DNA of 64,000 bases, taken from Hemiscyllium ocellatum. Lineage: Eukaryota. Shown here one piece after another: positions 37,538-49,185 of this stretch; position 1 is the stretch's first letter, and each line of letters opens with the position of its first letter. The notes under the pieces are model-generated. The model had not been told where the DNA came from. It did not search any database and saw nothing but the letters and a program-made list of their open reading frames with translations. The stretch spans positions 29,046,484 to 29,110,483 of the forward strand of contig NC_083408.1 of NCBI RefSeq assembly GCF_020745735.1, read 5' to 3'. The translations under genes and the position numbers were made by a program.

Positions 37538-39049
37538 CTTGCAATGGAGATTAACTATCTTGAATCCTGGGATGAAAGGTCTGCTTTATGAGTTGAGTAG
37601 AAATATTCTTTGGAGGTTGGAAACGGGACATGGGACCGGTTGTAACATGCGATTGACAGAGGAATTGACATGAAAAGTGTTGATTAATGGCAGCAGAGAC
37701 TTAATCTAAGGATCACCATCTCAGGTAAAGAGCGGACCATGTAGGACTACATGAAATTTGACGAGAATCAGAGCATCATGAATCATTGGAATTCTTTGTT
37801 CAGAGGAGCTACGTCAATGCTATATGGAAGTCTGTGGTCGATACACTTGGGAATAGTAAGGGGATATACAGATAAATGGGGTGAGAATTTTCATGTAAGA
37901 GTTCAGTCTTGACCTTACCGAATGCCAGAGCATGGTGGCTAGTAAAGTATGCTCAATTCCTCTTCCTATTTGTTGGAATAATGCTCACATTAAAGTCAAT
38001 TTGTGTTTGTTTAACCTCCAAATCGAGAACACACTTTAACTATAGATAGAGATCTTCGGCCATGAGTCGATGCGATCATGCCTAAATCATTTTATAGGAG
38101 TCATTCCATATCAGAAGGCAGAAGTTATCGATATAAGTACGACTGCCAAAGAAACCTTCTAAAACTCTCTTAGTGTTTTCATAACGAGTGTCCAAACTAT
38201 TGTTTCATAAGGGGCAATGGAGGTCCTCATTTAAAATGCTTGATACTTAAAACAGTAGGACAAAGGTGCGGTAAGACATAACGAACAGCCGTACAGATAG
38301 TCAGGGACGCAAAATTGAATTTCAAGACCGATATGATTCATCGACTCATGGAATCCATAATAGCTACATACACAAAATGTTTGTGGGGTTAAAATGGGGA
38401 AGGGAGAGCATGATGATATAGCTTTTAAAAAGTTTAAAATAGAATGTAACTAGTGCCAGAGATTGCTTCTCGAGGGAGGCAGTGAGTGTAGAATTTACAG
38501 AGAGCTGTGAATGAGCATTTCGATAAGATATTAAGAGATGGGGGCGAAAGTTATGGTGCAATGTGGCCACTACAAATAAGTGGCGACCAAATGTATCACA
38601 AAGATCTAGTTGCATCCCATGTGTTTTTAATAAACATACTATCCTCCACACTCCACTCCCAAAGGTTCAATGTTAAAGTATTCATGCGGCTTTCTAATTG
38701 GCTATAAGTCGAACTCATTTGAATGTTACGAATACCATTATATTAGTTCTTTGCGAGTTATTGAAAAATTGGAACTGATATGAAGTACTGTCTCGGTCAA
38801 GTTGACGCGGCGTTTCGGCTGAGTCGGAGTAATCCAACTTCCGATTCCAAGCACAATGAATACTCTGTCGATTATGACACTCTTAAATGTTGAACAGAAA
38901 GGTTTTTTCGAAGCGCAAAGTAGTACATTACCTTTATGTCAAACTTAGCAGCACCGTTCTCCCTCAAACCCCGACAATGCTTATTATCGGATCAATTAAT
39001 TCTCGACTCTTTTGCGGTGTACAAAATAGACGGAATGTTTCATTGACTA

Positions 39050-39145
39050 GCAACTGCAATTGCGCAGGATTGTCTATGAGGACATTGGGAACATCCCAAG
39101 GACGGGGCGGATTTGCAGTGGGTGGGGCGTGATATAAATGCTCGC
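39050..39145 (+). promoter_or_regulatory. Core promoter of paralog C
   Basis: ATTGCGCAG (C/EBP-like, 39059-39067), GC boxes GGGGCGG (~39104) and GGGGCG (~39124), TATAAA 39133-39138, about 80 nt before the ATG. Confidence 0.65.
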
Positions 39146-39219
39146 TCCCTGTGTTAGTCAGACGATTGAAGAGAATCGCCAGCATCCGCTGGGAATTGTC
39201 TGGAAGTAGATTGGAAACC

Positions 39220-39390
39220 ATGACCACCGCCAGCTGCTCGCAGAATTCCAACGACGACGACATCATGGACAAGATTCAGCCCTCGACCTATTACATGAAT
39301 CAGAACAACTTCGCCTTCTGCGGCTACTGCTTAAAAATCGCTCGGAACACGAGCGCTAACCAGGGTGTGTCTGCTTATGTCTGGGACGCA
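39220..39390 (+). CDS. EEF1AKMT3: EEF1AKMT3-like paralog C, coding exon 1 (57 aa)
   Basis: accATG in good context. MTTASCSQ...NNFAFCGYCLKIARNTSANQGVSAYVWDA, donor GCA|GTAAGT. Confidence 0.92.
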
Positions 39391-40479
39391 GTAAGTTCAT
39401 TAACTGGTCAGATCCAAGAAAAGCCGGTCTGCCACCCTTATGTACGAGTTAATTTTAAGAATTTGCCATCTACTTTTCAATTGCTCAGAAACTTTCGATT
39501 TACAAAGAGTTCAGCAAGTTGTAATGTCTGCTGGAATCCAGCGCCTTGGCGTGTTGGATTTGGGTGGGTGCAGGGTCCGAGGGAGGTATGGTCGCAGCTA
39601 GGGAATTGTCGGCCTCCTATCTCCATCCCGGTACATACGGATCGGGAAGAGACGTTCACGGCAATTCAGGACCTTAAGTGTGGGGACCATAGCCAGCAAA
39701 CATTACCACGTGTCCTTGCGAGGTTTCTCGGGCACTCTCCCTAAGGCCATGGCTGAAATAGCAAAGGGAAGATGGATAGGGTGGAGAGTTGGGGGCGGGG
39801 GAGATGGGGCCGGGGTGGGAGGGGAGGGGGCGTTTGGGCATAATTGAAACGCAACTGTGCTTTTGATCTCCATCTCCAGCCACGTTCTCTTCATCATTCC
39901 CTTTTGGATTCCCTTTTCGACTCTACCTGCATCAGCTCAACTTCTTAATGAGACCAAAGGACATGCCACCCTCACGATGGCTGACAGCGGCAGATCGTGG
40001 GATTTTCACCCCAGGTACCCTTGACCCCAACTGGACTGTGAAACGTCTGAGTGGCGCAAAATGGGGAGGAGTGATGGATTTTGCTGTCCCGCCATCCTGC
40101 TCTCTAACGCCCGTAGCTCCGGTAAAAGCCAGCCCCAAATGCATTGTCTATCCTGTGCATGAATTCCTCACAGACCTTTGACAGGTCTTGCTCATAGCAA
40201 AGGCTAGACTTTTCGAACTGGTGAAATAACTTGAGCTCAGAAGTGTCGCATTTTTTTTTCTTGCCGAAGTTGCTGAACCATGCTGTCTTACAGTCAGCCT
40301 CTGGTGACATGCCCTGAGCAGCTATTTAAAAAGGAAACCCCGGTTCCAAACACCTACGGAATCCAAGGATACTGATGACAAATCCGCTTATATCTTCACC
40401 ACCGCATCATGTCGTGTCATGACCTCCGGCTAACGTTCACGGGTTTGGGTTAAGCAGCACATATACAAGTGCCTTCTTC

Positions 40480-40590
40480 GGTACAGTGGCAGTGTCCCTA
40501 CCGCTGGACCGGGAGGCCCGGGTGCATGTCCCACCTGCTCCAGAGTTGTGTAAGCACATTTCTGAACTAGTTGATTGGGGAAAAAAATAC
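40480..40590 (+). mobile_element. Short second-family tRNA-derived SINE-like repeat
   Basis: Matches 10548-10660. Confidence 0.55.
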
Positions 40591-40788
40591 TTAATTTTGA
40601 AAAGACACAATTAATGGAAAGTATGTACTTCCTGAGTCAGCACTGCAGCAAGCTACACATCAAGTCAGCGGGTTAGACCTGATGCGACGAAAGTTGCCAG
40701 ATGATAACATTTGTTCCCAGTGCCCCCCCCCCCCCCCCATCTCCAGAGGAAGTCGCTCGTATCCGTGACCCATATTGATTTGGGGTAA

Positions 40789-40974
<186 letters not shown>

Positions 40975-41769
40975 TAACAGATGGCTTGTAAACGACTTTT
41001 GCTATTTTGTTGAATGCTAGCCATATAAAAATAGCTTTGTGAAGGAGGGAAAACGTGTTAGGAGGATTGTACCGACGCACTTGTGTGTGTTGGAGGGTGA
41101 CAATGAAGAAGAATAGAACACTGTAGTTGATCATTCAAAGGCGGAAAACCTCCTAGCCCGCCCCCCTCCTTTACCCTATAGCAAGTTTCAGAGTGACTGT
41201 AAATCCACAGTACATTCTAACAACCTGCCCACTCGCTTCTATATATTTAACATTGACCATTTCAAAGATGAAAACTCCTACCTTTGTAATATACTGCATG
41301 TGACACCATAGGAACAACATTGGTGTCGAATACAAAACAATATCCAAATACCAGTGATATGATGTAACTATGTCATGGTCTGTGGCCATCGAACACGTTG
41401 AGCTTGTAAATTGGAGTTAAGAAAAGTAGTAAAGCAGAGCGAGACGTTCAGTCTCAGTGCAGATGATAACCAAATATTTTAATGTTCATGTTAGATATTG
41501 CATTGTGCGATTATCAGAGATGACAAACTTCAAAAAGATGAGATGAACAGTCACCGTTTTTCTTACAGCTGTGAACTTTACTCGATCCAATAATATCTTT
41601 AAAATCATGCACGTGTCTTGATCGAGTAAAATGGTGAGAGCTGATTCTTCTGAATGGTTATTATTGAAAACGCGCATGTTTAGGATAATTGACAAAAATC
41701 ACGAGAGATATTAGGAGCTTTTACCTCACTTCCTTTCCACAACATACCACATGAAAAGCTGGTAGAAAC

Positions 41770-43190
41770 AGTGTCAACGGTGACTTTCAGGAACCCACAT
41801 CCTCCAACCTCATAGTCTGGGAACCCCACACCACCTGATTCTACCTCCTACCCAACATCCACAAACATGACTGCTCCAGTCGACCAATTGTCTCAGCCTA
41901 CTCCTTCCCCACCGAACTTATATCTGCATACTTTGATACCATCCTTTTCCCTTTAGTACAGCAACTCCCAACCTATGTTCAGGGCACCAGCCACGCCTTC
42001 CCCCTCCACCTCCTCCATGACCCTCCTTTCCGCAGCCCCCAATGCCTTATCTTCACCATGAACATCCAATAACTGTACACATCTATCCACCATGACAAAG
42101 GCCTCTGAATCCTATATTTCTTCCTCTCACGCTGACCCAGCCAGTACCCTTTCACTGACACTCTCATTCGACTGGCTGGACTGGTCCTCACTCCCCACAA
42201 CGTCTCCTTCCAGTCCTCCCCCATTCTCCAAACCAAAGGGATAGCCATGTGCACTCGCATGGGCCCTATCTATGCCCGCCTCTTCATCGGGTATGTGAAA
42301 TTGGTCCATCCTCTGCAGCTACATTGGCATCATTCCCCACCTTTTATTCCATTACATCAATGACTGTATTGACGCTACCTCATGTTCCCGCAAGGAAGTT
42401 GAACAGTTCATCAACTTCACAAACACTTTTCACCCCAAATTCAAGTTCACCTGGACCATCTCAGCCACCTCCTTTCCCTTTCGAGATCTCTCTATCTCCA
42501 TTTCCGGCAACTGACTCAACATGTACAACCACTACAATTCCACAGACTCCCACAGATATCTAGTCAACACCTTCCCCCCCCCCCCCCCGACTCTGCCTCC
42601 TGTAAAACCACTATCCCTTAGTCCCAATTCCTCTAACTCCACCGTATCTGCTCCCAGGAAGACCAATTCCACCGTAGAATATCCCAGATGGCTTCCTTCT
42701 TCAAAGACCACAATTACCCACCCCACGTGGTCGACAATGCCCTCCAGTGCATCTTTTCCACTTCCTGCACCTCTACCCCTGACCACCACCCCTCCAACTG
42801 AAACAAGGACAGAACCTTCCCCCCCCCCCACCCCCATACTCACCTTCTACCCCACTAACCTCTGGATACATTGCATGATTGTCCACATTTGTGCCACCCA
42901 CAAACATGCCCTACTATCAGAGAGATATTTCCTTCCCACCTGTATCTGCGTTTCAGAGGGACCATTCCCTCCTTGGCACACTTGTGAGGACCACACCACC
43001 CACCAACTCACCCTCTCCTCCATGCCATTGGAAGAAGTGCAAAACCTGGGTTCACCCAGGCCCCAAAGGATCCTTCCACATCCATCAGAAATTTATCTGT
43101 ACTTCCACACATTTCATCTACTGCACCCTTTGCATCCGATATTGTCTCCTCTACACTGGAGAGACGAGATTAACTTCCTTCCCGCGCACT
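41770..43190 (+). mobile_element. Decayed Penelope-like retroelement (RT + GIY-YIG) in intron 2 of paralog C
   Basis: G-I-A-M-x-T-R-M-G-P-x-Y-A-x-L-F (42239 onward), F-H-Y-I-N-D-C (YIDD-like), CLLYTGET (YIG-E-T-like). Many frameshifts. Confidence 0.8.
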
Positions 43191-43439
43191 TTAAAAATAA
43201 ATCAGACTTCCTTATTTAAACGATCGGAATTTACGTTCCGGTGAAGTGTTCCTTATTTAGAATAATGTCTGAGCATTTGCGTTAGGGGCATCTCGGTGCA
43301 TAATGATTCCAATTACTCAATTGAGTGAATCCCGGAATTCACCAGGACCTCACTGAGTACTGTGATCAAATAGCATAGTAGTGTGCTGTCAGAGTCAACC
43401 TTCAACGTGGATGAATAATTTCTCTCTTCGTCTTGTCAG

Positions 43440-43852
43440 GTGGAAATGTTACCTTTACAGATCAGCCGAACGCACTGCAACAAATAGAACACAACATCGC
43501 CATCAACATCCCTGCTGCCTGTAGACACCGTATAAATGTCCGCCCCCTGATTTGGGGTGAAGACCACATTAGATTTACCAACGAGTATGACTTCATTCTG
43601 GGTTCGGATCTTGTTTACAGCTCAGCTTCGTACTCCTCATTGATCAGAACATTGCATTATCTCGCTCATCCAGATACCATCATCTACCTGGCTTCCGCAT
43701 TCCGAAAAGGAAATGGCTCCCTATCTTTTCATGACGTGCTTTTACCTATGTACTTTAAATGCTTGGTTGTTGACAAGTTAGCGGACAAGGATATTACTGT
43801 GTACAAAATGACCAAAATCGGAAGAGGTCCTGAGGACTGGTTCCTAACGTAA
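43440..43852 (+). CDS. EEF1AKMT3: EEF1AKMT3-like paralog C, coding exon 3 (spliced protein 231 aa)
   Basis: GNVTFTDQPNALQQIEHNI...RPLIWGEDH...YDFILGSDLVY...TIIYLASAFRK...TAA. Acceptor tctcttcgtcttgtcAG. 171+112+413 = 696 nt open. Confidence 0.95.
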
Positions 43853-44099
43853 ATGTGGAACTTTAGCTCAAAGACACTGACGCTGGGGGTCGTGATAAGG
43901 GGCTCATTTTCCCTGTTCGTTCTATATAATTCAGAATTTAGATTCTTCAAGGCTATGTTATGATTGTCTCCTTCTATCATGTGGGTCATAATCTTCCAGG
44001 CATTCCATTTTCCTAAATAGCTCAGTTTGTCATGATGAATATCTAAATAACTAAATCAACATAGTGAGCCAATAATTAAATTGCATGTTATGCGCGCTC

Positions 44100-44390
44100 C
44101 CCAATGGTTAGCACTGCTGCCCCACAGTTCGATCTCGCCAGAGACTCAGGCGATTGTGTGGAGTTTGCTTATCCTCCCCGTCTCTGCGTGTCTGAGTAGG
44201 TTTCCTCCGGGTGCTCCGGTTTCCTCTCACAGTCCACAAAGATGTGCAGGTTAAGTGAATTGGCCATGCTAAATTGCCCATACTGTCCAGGCTAGGTGGA
44301 TGAGCCGTGAAATGCAGGGTTATGGGAATAGGGAAGGGTGCTCTTCGGCAGGTCGGTGTGGGTTAGATGGCCCTTCTTCCACACAGTGAC
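44100..44390 (+). mobile_element. HE1-type SINE
   Basis: Matches 10855-11162. Confidence 0.8.
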
Positions 44391-45444
44391 GTATGACCTC
44401 TATTTGAATTATATTTCAAACAATATTTAGTAACATAACATATACAGATAAATATGTGTCATAATAAAAGCACTCGGTGTAAAACCTAGAGACAAGTTTA
44501 CAGGTAACCTGCTGCCTCACTGCACTCTGTCATTGTCGGTCGATTGACGTTAATGGATATATTCGCACTGCCTTACTGGGAACCATCGACGTAGTGCAGA
44601 CGTAATTGGCCCAATGTATACACTTTGTAGTACATTTATGTTTAGGTTGGCGAAATTTACTGTAAAGTACTGTTAGTATGTAAGAGTGTCACTGTATACT
44701 CCCACACAGAGATCGGTCATAGTCATCATAGATGTTCGACGCAACAATTACGTCTGCCAACCGAAAACCTTTCCCACAGAGTTGTCAATTAACACAGGGC
44801 CGATGGCAAAAGAGCCAGTGACGTCATTTGTCGATGTTAATTAATATCTGCCATCTTCGACAAATAACAACTAAGCTATCAGTTGCCTCGGCATAGATTG
44901 CAGGCGTTTTGACAAACATGAAGTTGGAAACAATGTGCACCTTTGTCATATATTCTACTACAAAGCGTCGAATACATAGAACACCTTGCATCTGACGCAG
45001 AACGGTTTTAGTGCTGAAATGGGGAAGGGTTAAGTTGAACCCTGTCAATATGTTTCATTGTGACTGTGAAAGACGGAGTCGTGCTACTTCTGAGTGACAA
45101 ATTAATGCGCAGGTGGATTGAAATAAATGTATTGTATGCAACGGGCTAAACTGTCTTCTGGCGAAGGCATAGTACTTTCAACGCAGGCTAGTGGATAATA
45201 ACTGGAAGAATTAAAATTGCAATGTTGTAATTCGTTCGCTCGTGCATCTAATTTTCCCACCCTTGTGGGAGCCGCTGATGCGCGTAAAAAACGGGGGCAT
45301 TTCCAAAGGTATTTTCAGTGCAAGATAAAACACAATGGTTTTTGCTCGCTGTCGTGAAAAATGTCAATGTGTCAGCGAATCCTGCAAAGCAGAAAGAGGT
45401 CAGTCGTACTATCATGTTTATGGCCGTTCTTTACTTAAATTGCC

Positions 45445-45792
45445 CGACATCATGGCTCAGTGGTTAGCAATGCTGCCTCACAGCACCAGGGACCTGGGCT
45501 CGTTTCCCGCCTCGGGCGACTGACTGTGTGGAGTTTGCACATTCTCCCCGTGTCTGCGTGGCTTTCCTCCGGGTGTTCCGGTTTCCTCCCACAATCCGAA
45601 GGTGTGCAGTTTAGGTGAATTGGTCATGCTAAATTGCCCATAGTGATAGGTGCTTTAGTCGGGGTAAATGTCGGGTAGGGGAATTGATCTGGGTGTGTTA
45701 CGCTTGGAGGGTCGGTGTGGACAGGTTGGGCTGAAGGGAATCGAATCTAATCATCTCAGAACCCAATTTTATCTTGCCCTGTAAACTAGTCC
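45445..45792 (+). mobile_element. HE1-type SINE
   Basis: Matches 10855-11162. Part of the duplicated block. Confidence 0.85.
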
Positions 45793-46124
45793 CAGTCACA
45801 TAAGTGTCTAGATGACTGCACGTTTACAAGGAATCGTCTTCTTCCAATCTTAAATAAAGTGCAGTCTGGGCCTTAAATATCTCCGGATGAAAAATGCACC
45901 CTTATTTTCATTTGTTGGAGAAATTAGTCCAGAGATACACAATTGGTGACCCCCATCCCCCCCCAACACACACACATGCCCTACACTCCTGAGTGCACAA
46001 ACAAATGATGCCTAGATTTTAAACATCTATTTCTCATGCCTCCCCGAATGCTGACATCGACCAAAATCACTCCCATCAATTCTCCCTTCCAATCTCCGTT
46101 TCCCAATTTCGAACCACCAACTCA
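45458..46124 (+). repeat. Copy 1 of a ~670-bp near-identical direct duplication
   Basis: SINE plus ~330 bp of unique flank, repeated at 48249-48931. Confidence 0.92.
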
Positions 46125-46899
46125 GCACAATCTTAGCAGGAGTCACTTGTGGCTCCATATTTTCATCATCCGAGGTTGCCAGGCAGTGTCTTGATGACCC
46201 ACAGGCATTAGTTTCTCCTGAGCTGTAGAGTTTTCTCGTTCAGGGTAGTGAAATTCAATGGCCAAGTTTTGAGATGCTCCTCCAGGCCTTGCTCTGTCAT
46301 AGGCTTTTTGACATCGTTTCCCCTACTAAGGGAAAGCAGCAATGTAATGAAATTTTAGGGGAAACCAGTTCACGCTGGTAGCCAACATAACCATTCTTAC
46401 TGCAACCATTTTCTAACGGTATTTAAAATGAATAGATCTTGCGTTTCTGGGGGCGCTGTCTCAGAATTCCTCAGTGCCATTCAACATGGTGTGTCTATTT
46501 TAGCATTTGGGCCTGGTGTAGCTATTTTCCACACTTTTCACAAACACACATCATGATTGGAATTACATTTACAGAATTGCTCCATACTTACACTTTCCTA
46601 TCACAAGAGACCACTCGGCCTTTTAATACACTGCTTTTAGCTACTTTGGACGGTCCCAAGGGTACTGATTTCTTCTGTGATCTCCATCCAAGCTTCTTTG
46701 ACCTAGTCGTCTGGCATCACCTTCTTATCCGCTTGGCACAAAGACCTCTCACCAATTAACTACAGCATGAAGGATGATACACGAGAAGGGGCCGTCAACA
46801 TTGAATTCCAGGGAAGCTGAATTCAAGTCGGTGCGAATTAGTCTATTTTGCTGTAACACATGGATACACAATTTTTTATACAAACAAAAAGAGCTGAGT

Positions 46900-47335
46900 C
46901 ATAGAATCATAGAAATGTACAGCACAGATACAGACACTTTTAACTCACCCATGCCTACCAGATATCGTCTCGTTGGTCAGCACTTGGCCCATATCCCTCC
47001 AAACCCTTCGTATTCATATAACCATATCGATGCCTTTTAAATGCTGCATTGTATCAGCCTCCACCACTTCCTCTGGCAGCTCATTCCATGCACACATCAA
47101 AACCTGTGTGAAAATGTTGCCCCTTAGGTCCATTTTATATCTTTCCTTCTCACCCTAAACCTTCTCACTCTAGTTCTGGACTTCCCCATCCCAGGGAAAA
47201 TACCTTGTCTATTTATTCTATCCGTGCCACTCATGATTTTGTAAACCTCTGTAAGGCCACACCGCAGCCTCCGAAGCTCCAGGGAAAACAGCCACAGCCT
47301 ATCTAATCTCCCATACAACTCAAATCTTCCAACCT
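46900..47335 (-). mobile_element. CR1 LINE 3' end
   Basis: Minus ORF LDRLWLFSLELRRLRCGLTEVYKIMSG, with a catagaatcataga tail. Confidence 0.8.
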
Positions 47336-47711
47336 GGATTCATGTACACCAATGCCTGAAACAGTATAGCCGGTTGAGTCAAAGTCCTGGAATTCCCTCC
47401 CTACCGGCATTGTGGGTCAACCGACAGCAAGGCGACTGAAGCGATGCAAGAAAGCAGCTCACCACTATCTTTTCAAGGGAAGCAGGGATGGGCTATCAAT
47501 ACTGGCCAACCAGCGAGTTCCAAGTCGTACAAATGCATTAAAAAAATCTTTGATCCCCTTGGCTATCAAAAACTTATCTATCTTAGTTTTAAATAATGTC
47601 AATGACCTGGTTTCACAACCTTCTGTGGCAATGAATTCCACAGATTCGCCGCTCTATAGCTAAAGACGTTTCGTCTTATCTCTAAAGGCCTAAAAAGTTG
47701 TGACATCAGGC

Positions 47712-47830
47712 GAAGGTGTGGTGTTGGAAAAGCACAGCAGGTCGGGTAGCATCCAAGGAGCAGGGAAATCGACGCTTCCGGCAAAAGTCCTTTATCAAGA
47801 ATGAGGCAGGGAGCCTCCAGGGTGGAGACA
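47712..47830 (-). mobile_element. Penelope-like terminal-repeat fragment, hammerhead degenerate
   Basis: gtgtggtgttggaaaagcacagcaggtc...gacgcttccggcaaaagtcctttatcaagaatgagg. Confidence 0.7.
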
Positions 47831-48207
47831 CCTCAGATGCCAATAGAAACATCTTTCCAACATCCACTCTGTCCAGACTATTCAGTATTGTGCAAGTTTC
47901 AATCAAATCATCCCGCATCCTTCTAAACTCCATCGAGTTTAGTCCCAGAGTCCTCAGACGTTTCTCATGTAATTTCTCACACTGCCCCCAAATCCTTGGA
48001 TTTTCTTAGCATTCTAAGATTTGTTGATTTCTGACCTGATACTGAACAACACAATTATCTATACAAGAAAATTACAGAGGTCACAACTGTTTGAAGGTAG
48101 GAATTCTTCTATTCAAATAGCAGTTGCTTCTTTCAATATTGCAATCCCTGATCCTAAACACCCACCACAGGAAATGTCTCCCCACCATCCGATAAGGAGA
48201 TTTGATG

Positions 48208-49185
48208 TTTAGATTAGACTTACAGTGTGGAAACAGGCCCTTTGGGTGCAGTGGTTAGCAATGCTGCCTCACAGCACCAGGGACCTGGGCTCGTTTCCCG
48301 CCTCGGGCGACTGACTGCGTGGAGTTTGCACATTCTCCCCGTGTCTGCGTGGCTTTCCTCCGGGTGTTCCGGTTTCCTCCCACAATCCGAAGGTGAATTC
48401 AGCTTAGGTGAATTGGTCATGCTAAATTGCCCATAGTGATAGGTGCTTTAGTCGGGGTAAATGTCGGGTAGGGGAATTGATCTGGGTGTGTTACGCTTGG
48501 AGGGTCGGTGTGAACAGGTTGGGCTGAAGGGCCTGTTTCTATGTTGTAGGGAATCGAATCTAATCATCTCAGAACCCAATTTTATCTTGCCCTGTAAACT
48601 AGTTCCAGTCACATAAGTGTCTAGATGACTGCACGTTTACAAGGAATCGTCTTCTTCCAATCTTAAATAAAGTGCAGTCTGGGCCTTAAATATCTCCGGA
48701 TGAAAAATGCACCCTTATTTTCATTTGTTGGAGAAATTAGTCCAGAGATACACAGTTGGTGCCCCCCATCCCCCCCAACACACACACATGCCCTACACTC
48801 CTGAGTGCACAAATGATGCCTAGATTTTAAACATCTATTTCTCATGCCTCCCCGAATGCTGACATCGACCAAAATCACTCCATCAATTCTCCCTTCCAAT
48901 CTCCGTTTCCCAATTTCGAACCACCAACTCACCAACAAGCCCACACCGACCCGCCACCCACCCATACATTTACCCCTTACCTAACACTACGGGCAATTTA
49001 GCTTGACCAATTCACCTGACCCGCACATCTTTGTGACTGTGGGAGGAAACCGGACTGCGGAGGAAACCCACGCAGACACGGGGAGAACGTGCAAACTCCA
49101 CACAGTCAGTCAGTCGCCTGAGTCGGGAATTGAACCCGCGTCTACAGGCGCTGTGAGGCAGCAGTGCTAACCACTGTGCCACCGA
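48208..49185 (-). mobile_element. HE1-type SINE split by the duplicated block
   Basis: The tail part 48208-48243 and the remainder 48932-49185 are contiguous in intact copies (ggcccttcgg|cccaacaag). Confidence 0.8.
48249..48931 (+). repeat. Copy 2 of the ~670-bp duplication
   Basis: Near-identical to 45458-46124. Confidence 0.92.

Noticed and set aside
39151-39744. 197-aa ORF as a single-exon gene
   Set aside because: Homology stops at the GTAAGT donor at 39391. The rest is intron read-through.
47767-47802. Hammerhead-like motif on the minus strand (also 58811-58846)
   Set aside because: Core and stem II are mutated (TTGATAA and GAAGC; CAAAATGTC), so these are not credible active ribozymes.
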